Origin: Anthoceros angustus
Taxonomy: Eukaryota; Plantae; Anthocerotophyta
Assembly (NCBI GenBank): GCA_010909165.1
Contig: MU008182.1
Span: 248,001-312,000 of the forward strand
DNA: 64,000 nt
Reading direction: 5' to 3'
This document shows, in pieces, positions 36,825 to 49,405 of this stretch. The position numbers and the translations under genes are program-made. How positions within the stretch are numbered: the first letter of the stretch is position 1; the number at the start of each line of letters is the position of its first letter. The notes beneath the pieces were generated by a model that saw only the letters and a list, made by a program, of their open reading frames with translations, was not told the origin of the DNA and made no database searches.

Positions 36825-39800
36825 AGTCCTCCTCCTCCCCTCCTTGGTGGCGGGGAGTGCGGAGTTACCTCAGCGCAGTGGCATTCATTACATCCTCCTC
36901 CTCCTCCTCCTCCTCCTCCCTAGCCGCTGGCGCCCCGGGGTCCCAAGGTCTGCCTCTGCCTCTCGGGGCCTTCCTCCTTGCCTGGGCCTCCTCCGTCCGG
37001 GGTCCGTCCATCTCGCCGAGGTGACGCAAGACCTCTAGAGCCTTGAGGAGCTTGGCGTGGTAATAGGCAAAGTCAGATCGACTTGTTGGTGCCTCTTCCA
37101 CATGAGCCCGGGCACCGGTACTCCCTCCTCCGGAGGTGCTCGGTGGGCGTGTTGTCAACTTTCTGGGGCCGTCTCGCCTTGAGCTTCAAGCGGCGGCGGA
37201 CTCCCTTGAGGCCGCCAAGGCTGCCTCAAACACCTCCTGCTGACCTTGCTCTTTCGGCGTGTCTCCTCCTCCCTCCGTCGTTGTAGCTCTACGACTTGCA
37301 GCCATGGAGCTTGCTCTCCCTCTGCCTTCCGCAATCGGACCTTTGCTCTTCTCCCAGAGCCCTCGCCCCTCCGTTCATCTTTGCCCGGAGGTCCGCCATC
37401 TCCCTCTCCAGGCGGTCCGGTATCTCCGCCCGGCTCCTGGCTTCCTCCAGCTCCTTCTTCAACTCGGCGATGTCCAACTCCTTGGATCGCCGCCAACTCT
37501 CCTCCGTCCTCAAACAGAGCTGGAGCCGCCCTATCTCCCGCTCATGGTTCGCAATCACTCCCTGGAGGGCTCCGCTGCCGTGTCTTGGGCAGCTCAAGGT
37601 TTCCTTGCGGTCCTCCATCTCCTATCGACGTTGCTCCGTTTCGCGGTGATTAGGAGATCCTCCATCTCCCGGTTGCTGGCCTCCTTTTCCTCCGCCCAGC
37701 TCGCCCGCGCCTGCTCCGCTGCGGTTTGCTCGGCCTTGAGATTGGCCGCGGCTGTGCCTGCCGTTTCCCTCCACCGGTTCCTGTCCCTCCGGTAGTGGTC
37801 TCGGTCGGTCTTGGCGGCGGCTTCAGCCTCCCGCGCCCCTTTCACCTGAGCCTCCCAGGCTTGGTGCTGCTCCTGTCGAGCCGTCTCGACGAGATCCGAG
37901 CCCTCCGCTTGCCTCCCAGGCTTGGTGCTGCTCCTGTCGAGCCGTCTCGACGAGATCCCGGGCCCGCTCCGCTTGCCTCCGGGCCTCCTCCGACTCCTTT
38001 TGCGCTGCCTCCCTCCGTTTGCATAGGTCTTCAGCCCTTGCTTGGGCCTCTCTGCCCCGGCTTGTCCTGCAGTGAAGGATCTAACAGTCTGTTGTTTGGA
38101 CACGTCTCTCCGCTGCGGCTTCACCTCCTCCACCCTTGTGAATGAGTCCGCCTTCTTTCGACCCGCTTGGGCCGCCTCTACACCTTACAGGTTCCACCAT
38201 CCTTCGCCGGGTGGCCTCCACTTCTTGGGTCTTCTCCGTTCAGAGACCCCAGCATACCGTCCATGGCCAGTAGCCAAAACCCGCCGTGTTTCTTCCACGG
38301 CCGAGAGATACCGGGAAGTCCCGTGTGGGAGGCGGGCATCTCCCGTCCGTCGGGGAATATATCAGTCGGAGGAGTCCGAGGTGACTCTCCGGACAATCGG
38401 GACCCTCGGTCCCACAGTGCTTGATCCGGAGCCTCTCTCTTTGGCCCTCTTGGCGCTAGCTCCTTCTCCGCCTTCTCGCTTGGGGCTCGGAGGTTGTGAA
38501 GGTCGGAGGCTGGCCCTCTTGCCTCTCCCGGTCGGGGCAGGGCAGCTCGGTGGGGGCTGCTAGGTGCCCTCCAGCCCCACAGGCGGGCGTCCTTCCTCTC
38601 GCCTTTGCCTCCTCCTCCACTCCGTCGATGAGCAGGGGAGGCGAGCACGGTCTTTATCTGGCTGCGTTGGTGACGCTACCTTCCGCTTCTTCGGTTCCCG
38701 TCGAGTCCAGTGGGGCTCAGCAGCCGGCGTCGTTGTTGGGTACGCTGCCGAAATTCGACCGCTCGTCTGTGGCGCCTCTTCTTACTTGGTTGCTACGGTG
38801 GGGGAACCAAGAGGAGAGAAGCGGGAATGTCTTCCCACACTTCCCTAGGTGGCGAGGGGTCCGTTCAGGACGTAGAGTCGGAATCCTCGATCGTCCTCCT
38901 CCGGACCCGCTTGCTCGGTGGGAGCCTCGGCCTCTGCTCTTCCTTCTCTCTCGCCTCACAGTAGGTGGCCAGCCCTCAGTAGTGCCTCCTCTTCCCCTCC
39001 TTGGGAGGTTCATGTGCCCCACATGAATGAGGCAGCGATATGGCCGGGGGGTGGCTTCGCTTCTCGACGGGCCTCCTGGTTGATTCGAGAAGATTATCAC
39101 CGATCGTGCGTTTCCCCTTACATGGGTCGTGGAGGAACACGTGATTATCACCAAGGTGGTCCACCTTGGTGAGCATATTCCGATTAGCGATAATCTTGGC
39201 CACATTGTACCTTCCTGTCCGGAGGTGGGCATCGACCACCGTTGGAGGATCGGCTGTGTCCACAGTCGCAAAGCTGCTCTGGCCGCTTCCACCTTCCCCT
39301 TCACCTTCAGGGGCTCCGGTACTACTCCCCCTACTTCCTCCACTGGGCGGTTGTAGACCGCCCTCAGGACCTCCATGGTCCACCTCCTGGAGTCCTCCCG
39401 CAGGTTCTTGGAACGGACCTCCTTGTTGGCCGCTGCCAACATTTTCCGAGCGTACTCCCGGACTAAGGTGACGTTGTCAAAGGTCCAGACAGCCTTTAAA
39501 ATATCCAAGTGCCATTCCTCCACCAGCTCCTCCGCCTCCTCCAGCCAAGGACCGAAGTCTGGGTAGCGCTTGGTGACGATGTTGCGCTCCACCAAGGGCC
39601 ATGGCTCCCACACCTCCGCCTCCTCCAGCCTAAGGACCAAGTCCGGGTAGGCGCTTGGTGACGATGTTGCGCTCCACCAAGGGCCATGGCTCCCACACCT
39701 CCGCCGCTTTCTTGAGTCCCATCACCACGCTCCTTTTGTTCCGCTGTTGGGACTTGAGGCTCAACAATCTCTCGCTCCTCTCCCTACTAGAAAAGGGCAG

Positions 39801-40585
39801 CCTATGTTACACTTTATGTTAAGATTTGGACCCCTGGATGTAACACTCATGTTGCAATTTTGGGGCCATGTAACACTTTTTGGGCCCCTTGTTACACTTT
39901 GGCTTGGAAACCATACCACGGCCGTTGTTGCAATCATGTTGCAATGGTGTTGCAATTATGTTAAGATGAAGTGAGAGGTGGTTTGCCTCTCTCAAAATTG
40001 CAACATGATTGCAACATCTAAAGTGTTACAAGAGGTCTTGTAACACTTTTGGAGGCTTGAGTAGAACCTCCTCCCCATCCACCATTGCCCTTTTACTTTT
40101 GCCTTTGGAATACCACGTTTTACTTGGTAGTTGCAAATCGCCCATCAATACGACCATATATAAATACCTGTATCAATACATCCTTATACTATACACATGT
40201 AGTCTACGATAAATGTACTATATTATTTTAAGTGCTATACGGGCATATTCAATTTCATATAAAATAAGTTTGTATATTACGCGTATTACATACGTACACT
40301 GGTCTGTACATATTCATGCTACGATACTTTGTATCTACTATATGTGTAAATATCGACGGCCCTTTATACCCCTACTTTATAGCATGCCGGCTTGCGGTTT
40401 GTCCTTCCCGTCGCCATCATATTTCCTGTCATGGCGCCCAAGAAGATCTTGTCCACCTAACACCTTATTGTGACGCATCAACGTGAGGTAACTGATGATC
40501 ATCATAGCTAGTTCACGCAACAAGAAAATTTGTGAAATGATGTCGGACGGTGTGGCCCGACCTTGCAATGCTCGCAAGTACAAGA

Positions 40586-41425
40586 TCCTCCTCCTCCTCC
40601 TCCTCTTCTACCTTAGATCCCTCTCCCCTTTTCCTCCTTGCCTCCTCCTCCTCCTCCTCCTCCTCCTCCTCCTCCTCCTCCTCCTCCTCCTCCTCTACCT
40701 CGGATCCCGTCCCCTTTTCCTCCTCTCCTCCTCCTCCTCCTCTACCTCGGATCCCGTCCCCTTTTCCTCCTTGTCTATCGCCTTCTCTAACATCAAATCA
40801 CACTAGCTAGTTACGCATCAGCTGAAAATTTGAGAGGAAATCCGCGATTATTGGAGCGGTCTTGGCGACCTTGCAATGCTCGCAAGTACAAGATCTGCTG
40901 CGGTGTCTGCGTGATCCCATACCACCATCCCTTCACCAACATCATGTCACTGCAGTTACGCATCAGCTGAAAAATTGAGGAAATCACGGCATGGAGCAGG
41001 CCTCCTCCTCTTCCTTTTCCTCTCCCCTCCTCCTCCTTCCCATCTCCCCTCCTCTTGCTCCTCTTCTTTCCATCTTCCTCCTCCTCCTTATAATCTCCCC
41101 TCCTCCTTGCCTCCCCTCCTCCTCCCCTCCTCTCTCCCTCCTCCTCCTCCTCCTCCTTATAATCTCCCCTCCTCTCCTCCTCTTCCTTTTCCTCTCCTCC
41201 TCCTCTCCTCCTCTCCTCCTCCTCCTCCTCTCCTACTCCTCCTCCTCCTCTAACTTAGATCCCTCTCCCCTTCCTCCTTGCCTCTCCCCTTCCTCCTCTC
41301 CTCCTCTCCTCCTCCTCCTCCTCCTCCTCTCCTCCTCCTCCTCCTCCTCCTCCTCTCTCCTCCTCTCCTCCTCCTCCTCTTCCTCCTCCTCCTCTCCCCT
41401 CCTCCTCTCCCCTCCTCCTCCTTGC
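40586..41425. repeat. (CCT)n-rich polypyrimidine tracts
   Basis: Two blocks, ~40586-40770 and ~41000-41425. Confidence 0.95.
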
Positions 41426-41509
41426 CTTGAGCCTGAGTGAGCCTCGCTTCTGAACTTAGACATGGGTAAATAATATTATGTTTAGGTTACAAGTATATAC
41501 AAGTATAAA

Positions 41510-41524
41510 TACATATATATACAT

Positions 41525-41618
<94 letters not shown>
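41510..41618. repeat. (TA)n microsatellite
   Basis: Seen directly. Confidence 0.98.
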
Positions 41619-41619
<1 letters not shown>

Positions 41620-43129
41620 ACAAGTGGGCCTGCCAACCATATATAGATAGACATATAAATAATCTAGAATTACACCTCACCATTAAGAGCTTAGCATTAA
41701 GTTTGTTGGCTTGGTGTTAAGTTTGTGATTTTCTTCTCCACCTTCTCTCACCATCTTAACAACCTGCCTTAGGTCTCTCCTTTCACCTCACACTCCTAGT
41801 TAATGCTCTAGTATGACACCCATTTTATAATTTTTCCCTCTTTGTGTTGCAACATGTGTTCCCCTCTCACTCTACTATTTTATTCTTCCCCTCTTGCTTT
41901 TCCTACATGACAGCAACCAGGAACTCTATCTCTCTCCCTGTGGTTGTCATTCTCTTTCCATTTTGCCTCCTTTGCATAGCTATGCATTTATAATCTACCT
42001 TCCCTCTTCAATGCACCCTTGTGTCCACATCTGTTTTTAAACAGACCACTTGCATGTTGTTAAGATGGTGAGAGAAGGTGGAGAAGAGTATCACAAACTT
42101 AACACCAAGCCAACTAACTTAACGAGTGTTCCAAATAGAAAGTGTTACATGAAATTGTAACAAAGGACTGTAACATAAGCAGGTTTGCATAGTATATGTT
42201 GAAATCATAAACAATGCTTGTGAGAGAGAGGGTGTACTTAGGAGGGTGAGGTGATGAGGAGAGTCAGTTCGTGTTAAGATGGTGACAAAATGAGAAGGGA
42301 ATAGTGTCAAACTTAATACCAAGCCTACATAGCTTGTTGCAGTTTGGAAGTGTAACATAAAATTGCAACAACGACTGTAACATAGGTTGCCCTTTTCTAA
42401 TAGGGTCTGCCGCTGCGTTAGTCGCTCCCTCCGCAAAGTCGATCCACGCGTGAGGGTGCCTGGACGCTCGAAAAGACAACGCCGTAGGCGGGTGTCAGGC
42501 GAGAGTGCGAGAACCGCGAGGTTGCTTGAAGAATGACCTCCGCCCGGTCCTCAGAGTAATGCTTGTCCATGAGGGGCGCTCTTCCGTGGCCTTCGAGGCT
42601 CGCATGGCCTCGCTTGGCGCTTACTCATTATACGCTTACTCTGTGCACGCCTCTTTCTTGGCGTGAAAACTCGCCTATAACGGCCACTGGCAACCCTACG
42701 GTCCTGGTCTGCTGCATGCCGTCTACCTCACTCTGAGTCCGTGGCTGATGCCTAAAACACGCTCCAACTTCTAAGTTACTTTACTTGGCGTACTTATCCC
42801 GTCCTGCTCCGGAGTGTGGTCCGGACTTACCCCGATACTCCGGTGTGCGGTCCGGACCCCTCGATACTCCGGTGTGCGGTTCGGAGCTCCTCCGGAGTGT
42901 GCTCCGGAGTCCTTCAGCCTACTCCGGAGTCCTTCGACTTACTCCGGAGTGCAGTCCGGAGTACTCCGGACTTATTTCTTCCTTTCCGCCTTATTTTCTA
43001 CTCCGCACCTACGAAAAAAACAAAACCTAACTCATTTCCTACCCCCGGGGAGAGTCTGCGGTCCACAACCGTCTTTCCAATGGGGAGAAAAGGAGGTTGG
43101 AGGGCACACTGTGGGGGCAAATTAAACGA

Positions 43130-44424
43130 ATGATGGAGGTTGATGTTTCGCAGTCGGGCGGGAATGGGATCGTCGTCACATGTGCTTATGGACCAGACCA
43201 CAAAGGGCCTTGGACCATGTAGTGAGGATCGTATATCGACAGGTGGGGACATTGAGCATCGTACCCAAGGAGGTGGATCAACACAATTTTATTGTGGGCC
43301 GCCGTTCATTGCCATTCGTGTACAACAGGACGGAGCATTTCATCCGCTACTTAGACTTTGGAACGAACGAAGAGGGAGTGTTCCAAACCCTGGAAGCATG
43401 TGACTTGATCATCCGGGCATGCCACACAATGGGGGGTTGCACAATGGGGGGTTGCACAATCCGGGCATGCCACACAATGATTGCTGGAAGATCCCATGCC
43501 TTTCAGTTTGCACCGAGGAGCATCATGGAACTGCTGGGAATTGAGGTAAGGCAGCAGGTTTTGTCGTTTCCATGTTTTGCTAAGCGGAAGGAGCCTAAAC
43601 AATGAGGCATGGACAAGGCAGGCCGTCGCGATTCGTCTAAGGGAGGTTGTACATGGAGAGGAACGAGCCCGTGTGTATGTTTGTATGGCCAAGAACGAGG
43701 CCCCCTTCTAGCATGTATAGTAACAGACTTAAGTGTGTGGTATGTGCGTTGGTATGGGAGTCTTGCATCGCAGTTGCAGTGCACCTGTGGCTACACTTCA
43801 AAAAATGAAGCAAGCATAGCAACCAAAAGTAATCCGCAATGGCTGCGGGCGCTTGCAGCTAAGAACTTGCTACACACAGTCTACCAATGCAGCATGGAGA
43901 TCCGATGTGCAAACTTGCACCTACCAGAGCTTGAACGGGCATTCCGTCCCGTGCAACATGCGGCCAGATGGGCCATATGCAAACATGTGATGCAACCATT
44001 CCGTCTTCACCAAACCCTATGCTGTGGGCATGTAATTTCTCAGGATGCAAAGTGTTGGCCAGGATTGTAATCGGGAGCCCGGCTGTGCAATATAAGGAGC
44101 AATTGGGTTTGAACTGGGAGGTAGACGCAGGGGCTGCAAATTGTATTTGAACTAGAGGAAGTATATTGCGAGCGGTCTGCGAGATGTTCAGGCCACCGCT
44201 GCTGCACCTTGGCCATCCAAGGGGCAAATGATGATTGTGAACGACGCCCATGGCCACGGCGCGCGGCACTCTTGCATGGTAGGCGGTTCAAGAAGGAGGA
44301 GGGTGGCCAAGGGGCCGGCACCGGCTGCATCAACAGGACTGGCCAGACGTCAAAAATTTGCAAGAAGAACACTTGATGCAATTCCCCGAGGGGCAGGAAG
44401 GTGGGGATGAGGGGCTGCAAGGGG
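43130..44424 (+). pseudogene. Unidentified spliced gene fragment, Cys/His-rich
   Basis: Donor GAG|GTAAG at 43546 and acceptor CAG at 43773 join ORFs 43180 and 43609 in frame and remove the stop. Confidence 0.3.
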
Positions 44425-46571
44425 TGATAAAATACTTTAATTATTAGGGCACTCTTCATTAGGGCTCATATAAATCCATATAATTAATAATTAATTAATT
44501 CTTAGCGTTAGAAGTAGTTTCATTGGTTATTTTTGGTTAATTGGTTACAACAACCTATAACCACCTACTTCATATAAACTCAATGTATTTTCTATTATGT
44601 TTATCAATGCATAAGATCCTTTGAGTAAGTCCTTGATTCTCTTCATGGTATCAGAGCACTCTTGCTCTCAATTTGATCATGCAACTACAAGCATATAAGG
44701 AGCTCCTCTAGGAGGTGATAACTATCTAGGATTTTCCTAGAAATGGAGTTTGCCTTTCCTAGAATTGCTCCCTTTGAATGCATTTCATTTGTTCGTCATA
44801 ACTTGATGAAGGTGATGAGCATCTGGTACTTGATTTCTTCTCTAACAATGCATCATTGTGCTAATCCTTTTGTCTAATCTCCATGGATTTCCTCATCCTT
44901 AGAAGGAATAGGCATAGGATTAAGAGAAGAGATAGATCTGCAAAGTAGGAACCCCAGATTAAGAGCCATCAGGTTAGATGCAATAGAAAACTTGATGTAA
45001 TTGATAGAGAGATTGATAGAACCTCTATTTACATCTCTAAATTCATTGCCTCTATCCTAATCCCACAATCTGATCAAGGGGGATTAATTAATCAAACTCT
45101 CTAGAAGTGGTTTGTTAGGAGTTTTCAGCCTCATTCAGGTAAAAGCTATTGAATTACCTCTTAATCACGTACCTAACTTGCGTGCTGGCCCTATTGCTTC
45201 CTTATCTACAAAATTACAATCATATACCACATCCGAAGTAGTTGCAAAAATTAGATCAGAAATCCATCATTTCCAAAATTCTATTAATAATCACATAGAA
45301 CTTTTAAGGTACGAAGTTTGTGACCTTTCTAGAGGATTTCATAAATTGAAAATTTCTCTATCTAGATTACCTGCTTCTGATTCTCTGCTAACAGACAATA
45401 AAGTTGAACAATCTTCTAAATCTAGTAGTAACGAGTTATTACCTTATAAACTCGAACTCTATGACTTCAAGAGCCAAATCCTAGATTTTAGATCAAAGTT
45501 GTTCATTTTAACTGACATCATCTCTCAGCAGCTGATGAAGAGCGCTTCCTATGAGGCGGCAATTTAGTTTTGTAAATCAACTACAATGGCTGGAGTGATT
45601 AATGAGGAAGAACAAGCTGCTCCTAATCCCCCAGTGGGTAATGATAATGCTAACACTACATTGCATTATCATTATAGTGCCAGCTTCAAAGAGAAAGATA
45701 GATTCAATGGAAAACATTATGATATCTGGGCATTGAAAATGAGAGAAGCTTTACGGCAGAGAGACGTTTGGGGCATCGTCGATCGATTAATTCCAAGACC
45801 AAACACCCGATTTGAACGTGAATTTCAACCTTCCTGGGACGCCAAGGACAAGAAGGCACAAGATTTATTGGTTAGTGGACTTTCTCATTCGCAATGTAAG
45901 AAAAGCTAATGGTGAAGATCCATATGAAGAGCCAGACATCAATGTTTCCGAACTCATTGGAGCATTGCTACAGGAGGAGGCAAGTAGACGTCAACATCAC
46001 TCCAGATCCAAAAAACAACTGATGATGTACACACAAAAGGGGAGAGGCAGAGGACGAGGCAGAGGCCGAGGTCCCACTTTCTCGCGACCCCAAGATCATT
46101 CTCAACTTGGAGAATCTTCATCTTCTTTCACACCTGCAAGAGGTAACACGAACCGTGGAGTTATTTGCAATTGGTGCAGAATTCCAAATCATTTGGAGAA
46201 GGATTGTCGCAAAAAGAAGAATGCGGAACCTAGGAAAGAGGCCCTTCCTGGAGCAAACGTTGCTACAAAGAACAAGGCATCTTCCTCAACTCCTGCTGTA
46301 CTCACTGTGTGCTTAGCTTCTTCCAAGCCTTCCAATCCTTATTGGTACTTGGACAGTGGAGCTACATCACATATCTGCTACAACATAGACTCTTTTGAGT
46401 CTTACTCGCCAGCCACAGAACGCAAGACTGTTCTCCTGGGAGATGATCACAACCTAACCATAGCAGGTGTAGGTTCTGTCGCATTCAGGAGTGATTTAGA
46501 TGAGACTCTTCTTATTCATGAAGTCCTTCATGTTCCTGCCATGTGCAAAAATTTAGTGTCAGTTGCTATCT
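44425..46571 (+). mobile_element. Copia-C 5' part: LTR 44425-44645, Met PBS 44646-44657, ORF0, internally deleted gag-protease from 45586
   Basis: TGGTATCAGAGC; LTR related to Copia-B; FKEKDRFNGKHYDIW, CNWCRIPNHLEKDC, WYLDSGATSHI. Confidence 0.9.
44883..45567 (+). CDS. Extra ORF upstream of gag in Copia-C (ORF0; one stop, one frameshift near 45100)
   Basis: 151-aa open part plus an upstream frame, homologous to 13808-14104. Confidence 0.6.
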
Positions 46572-47690
46572 TGAGATAGTCGAGATAATAGATTATAGTT
46601 TAACCTAGGAGTATGCCTTATAGTTACTTGAAGGTCATTTAGTTTCAGGGCATTATTTAAGTGACATAATGTTTCAACATACACTGTACATTATTCTTAT
46701 TTCTCTCATATGATGAACTTCGCTCTTTGTTCCCCTTTGCTCACGATGTCAAGCTTCCTTGACGTAGATCCAGCGTTCTATATTTTTGTTATGGTATCAG
46801 AGCCACGCTAGTAAGCATGCTGTAGATGCGATGCCAAGGAACACATCAAACGGTGGATCTGGTGGAAGAGCAGGATTTGTGCAATCTTTCTCTAGACCGG
46901 CGGAAAGAATACCACCACCCTCGAGCATTCCCTAGACAGGAATTGAGACAAAGGCTGAATGTGATCATCTCATCTTGGAGAATTATTAGCGCACTAACGG
47001 GCGCAACAGTTCCCAGCACCGAAGCGTTTGTAATCACTGCCAATCCTCTCATAAACGGCTTAGCAATGAGACCAAGTGTTTTTTGAGACGACCTTCTTCA
47101 GCACCTCTGCCTTTCCAGGAAGCAAATACATCTACAGCACATGTTTTTGTCGCTCAGTCGTTTGGGCGGCAAATTGAGAACACTCTAAACCGCATGGACA
47201 ATCGGTTGGCAATGATTTCTGTTGATTTGGATGCGAAGTTTGGTGTTGTACGCTTTGATTCTAAAAAATGTGTTGTGAAATTGGTATCTGAAATCTCTAG
47301 GCTTACTAAGCAAATGTCTTGAATTCTGTCACGCGTTCCCCTTGGGGACAGCACTCAGATTGAGTGGAAACCTTTTGCTGCTGGCATGTGTGGTGTGGAG
47401 ATTTCCTGTTGCTGTGTTTCTTGAGTTTTCACGTCTTGCTCGCCATGGAAGTAACAGGTCGCGTCTCATCGTCGTGAATGTGGGACTGTATGACTGATTC
47501 GTAAGTTATTCAAGCACAGATAGTAATTGTAGTTTGCATTTTTTTATGTATTGTCTTTTGTTTTTACAATGAGGTTTGGCTAAGCTTAAAATATGGTTTC
47601 TTCTATGTGGTTGTGTTGGTCTGTTGTTTCTGTGAGTAAACTAAAGAATTTGTGGCCTAGGATCGCATGTGTGCAATGCGTGATGATCGT
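46572..47690 (+). mobile_element. 5' end of another Met-primed LTR element (PBS 46792-46804), followed by non-gag sequence
   Basis: TGGTATCAGAGCC after an AT-rich ~220-bp LTR-like segment that truncates Copia-C. Confidence 0.55.
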
Positions 47691-47697
47691 GCAAGAT

Positions 47698-48310
47698 GAA
47701 AGCAAGGGAGACAAAGCAAGTTGGGATCGTAAGATATTATTCAATTACACTTAAAAAGAGGTCTTATACAAAAAACGGTTATTGACGGTTATTAATTAAC
47801 TAATAATAAAACTAAACCTAATTCTAATTGTGACTTAAATCATTATTATGTTTTAACACATTCAAATAAGCTATATTCCATTACTCCCACTTAGTTGCAA
47901 TTAGGAGTTGATTAACAAGCTTGAAAATATCTTGAAGATGAACTTCACTAGGGAAGTGTACTCCCACTGTTTGTATAAACAGGAAAAAGAGTTTTGACAA
48001 GTGTGATGATTATATAAACAATAAGGCTTCATCCAGTCACCAAGCCAAATAAAAGTGAGAATCAACCTAATGAGCTGTTCCTGCTTTGTTCACTGCAGGT
48101 ATAGTTTGTAGCCCAGCTGCCAAAGTATGCTTCTCATGTACTAGCTTTGGCAAAGCTTTGGTCAAAAGATCAGCCACATTCTCTGAAGTATCAACATAGT
48201 CCACTTTTACCTCTTTATGGTCTGCTGCTTGTCTTATAAAATGATGAGCAATCTCAATATGCTTGCTCCTAGCATGAAAAACCGGATTCTTCGATAAAGC
48301 AATGGCTGAC
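47698..48310 (-). mobile_element. Copia 3' end of a further family: RNase H tail, PPT and short LTR (~47698-47880)
   Basis: QSAIALSKNPVFHARSKHIEIAHHFIR..ADLLTKAL; PPT AGTGGGAG. Confidence 0.85.
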
Positions 48311-48976
48311 TGTGGAATGGCTTTTTGCATCCGAAGACGCAAAGATGCCACATTTACCCTCTATGTCGTTATAGTCCTAGGATTCGATCCCAAGGGAATG
48401 GTTTTGTATCAAGATGTTCTAAAACTATGGATTCTAATCCTTCTACACTCAGTTCCTACCCACAATCAACTACAGGTCCAGACCCACACCGTAGTAAGTT
48501 GACCACTTGCTTGATGGATAGACCGTGGTGGTGGATCGACCACCGTTGGTGGGACCCACCCGACCCGGCCTTGTCGCGATCGACTAATTGGCACCCGGTT
48601 CCCCTGCTACGCTCGTTAAGGGCTATGGTCCTATGCACACAGATTCACATGTACACCAAGTCACACTCATGTAGATCCACACCCAGAGCTCACTGGTGGA
48701 TGCACACCATGGCCACGCACACCGCGGCACCTTCCTCCGTCGCTGATTTCCTCTGACCCCACAATTTATTCCCAACCTTCCTCAGCGTTAGCGTTTCCGA
48801 CTCTTGCGCTCACCACTTCCGGACTCCCTTCACACAACGACTCACTCACCCCTTTCTTCTAGGATCTCATACACCACCGCGCACAGCTTGTTCCCACGGA
48901 TCCTTCCTAAACTCCTCAAATACCACCCCACAACTGTTTGCTCTCACCATCTCTCTCTCTCGTGCCACATGACCTC

Positions 48977-49068
48977 TCTTGGGCCACACAGACCCCTCCT
49001 TGGGCCACACAGACCCCTCCATCAGGCCACACAGACCTCACCTTGGGCCACACAGACCCCTCCTTGGG
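48977..49068. repeat. ~21-bp tandem repeat CTTGGGCCACACAGACCCCTC x4
   Basis: Seen directly. Confidence 0.9.
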
Positions 49069-49405
49069 ATTAGACACAATCTGGTTAGACAGCGGGTTGG
49101 GAAAGGAAAAAAACAGCTGGTCGGCTCCACAGGCGATCCGCACACCCGCGATCTCACCCCGATCCCCTGTGGGAATTTCCCTCTCCTGGCATGCGTTGAG
49201 CACCCTTCACCACACCCCTGACCGCGGGCTTGGTCACTCGGCTCGACCATCCGAGGATCTCCCGGCCCTCTTGGCGGAGGACAGCACACCGAATCAGCCC
49301 GTCATCGATCGGATGCCTCCAACCAACCACGCCGCACAAATTACGGAAGCTCACACCGAAATACATTAAGAGAGACACTCAAAGGTCTCTTATATATGCC
49401 TGCTT

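Larger units (their letters stand above)
39782..42405. mobile_element. Non-autonomous CACTA/EnSpm-type DNA transposon with CCCTA termini
   Basis: 30-bp TIR CCCTA(C/T)TAGAAAAGGGCA(G/A)CCTATGTTACA; 3-bp TSD TCT at 39779-39781 and 42406-42408; subterminal TGTTACA/TGTTGCA repeats; no transposase. Confidence 0.88.
36825..43067 (-). mobile_element. Post-pol accessory region of Athila-like family 2, split by the CACTA insertion
   Basis: 42974-43067 matches 30047-30137; ORF 38717..39640 is homologous to 11291..12034; coiled-coil ORFs at 37155-38133; tandem duplications at ~37851-37958 and ~39530-39706; CTCCGGAG-type repeats at 42805-42970. Confidence 0.8.

Noticed and set aside
40495-41720. Poly-Leu/Ser/Glu and (IY)n ORFs
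   Set aside because: Translations of (CCT)n and (TA)n microsatellites.
46792-46804. Endogenous caulimovirus origin of the Met PBS
   Set aside because: No movement, coat or viral RT motifs nearby.
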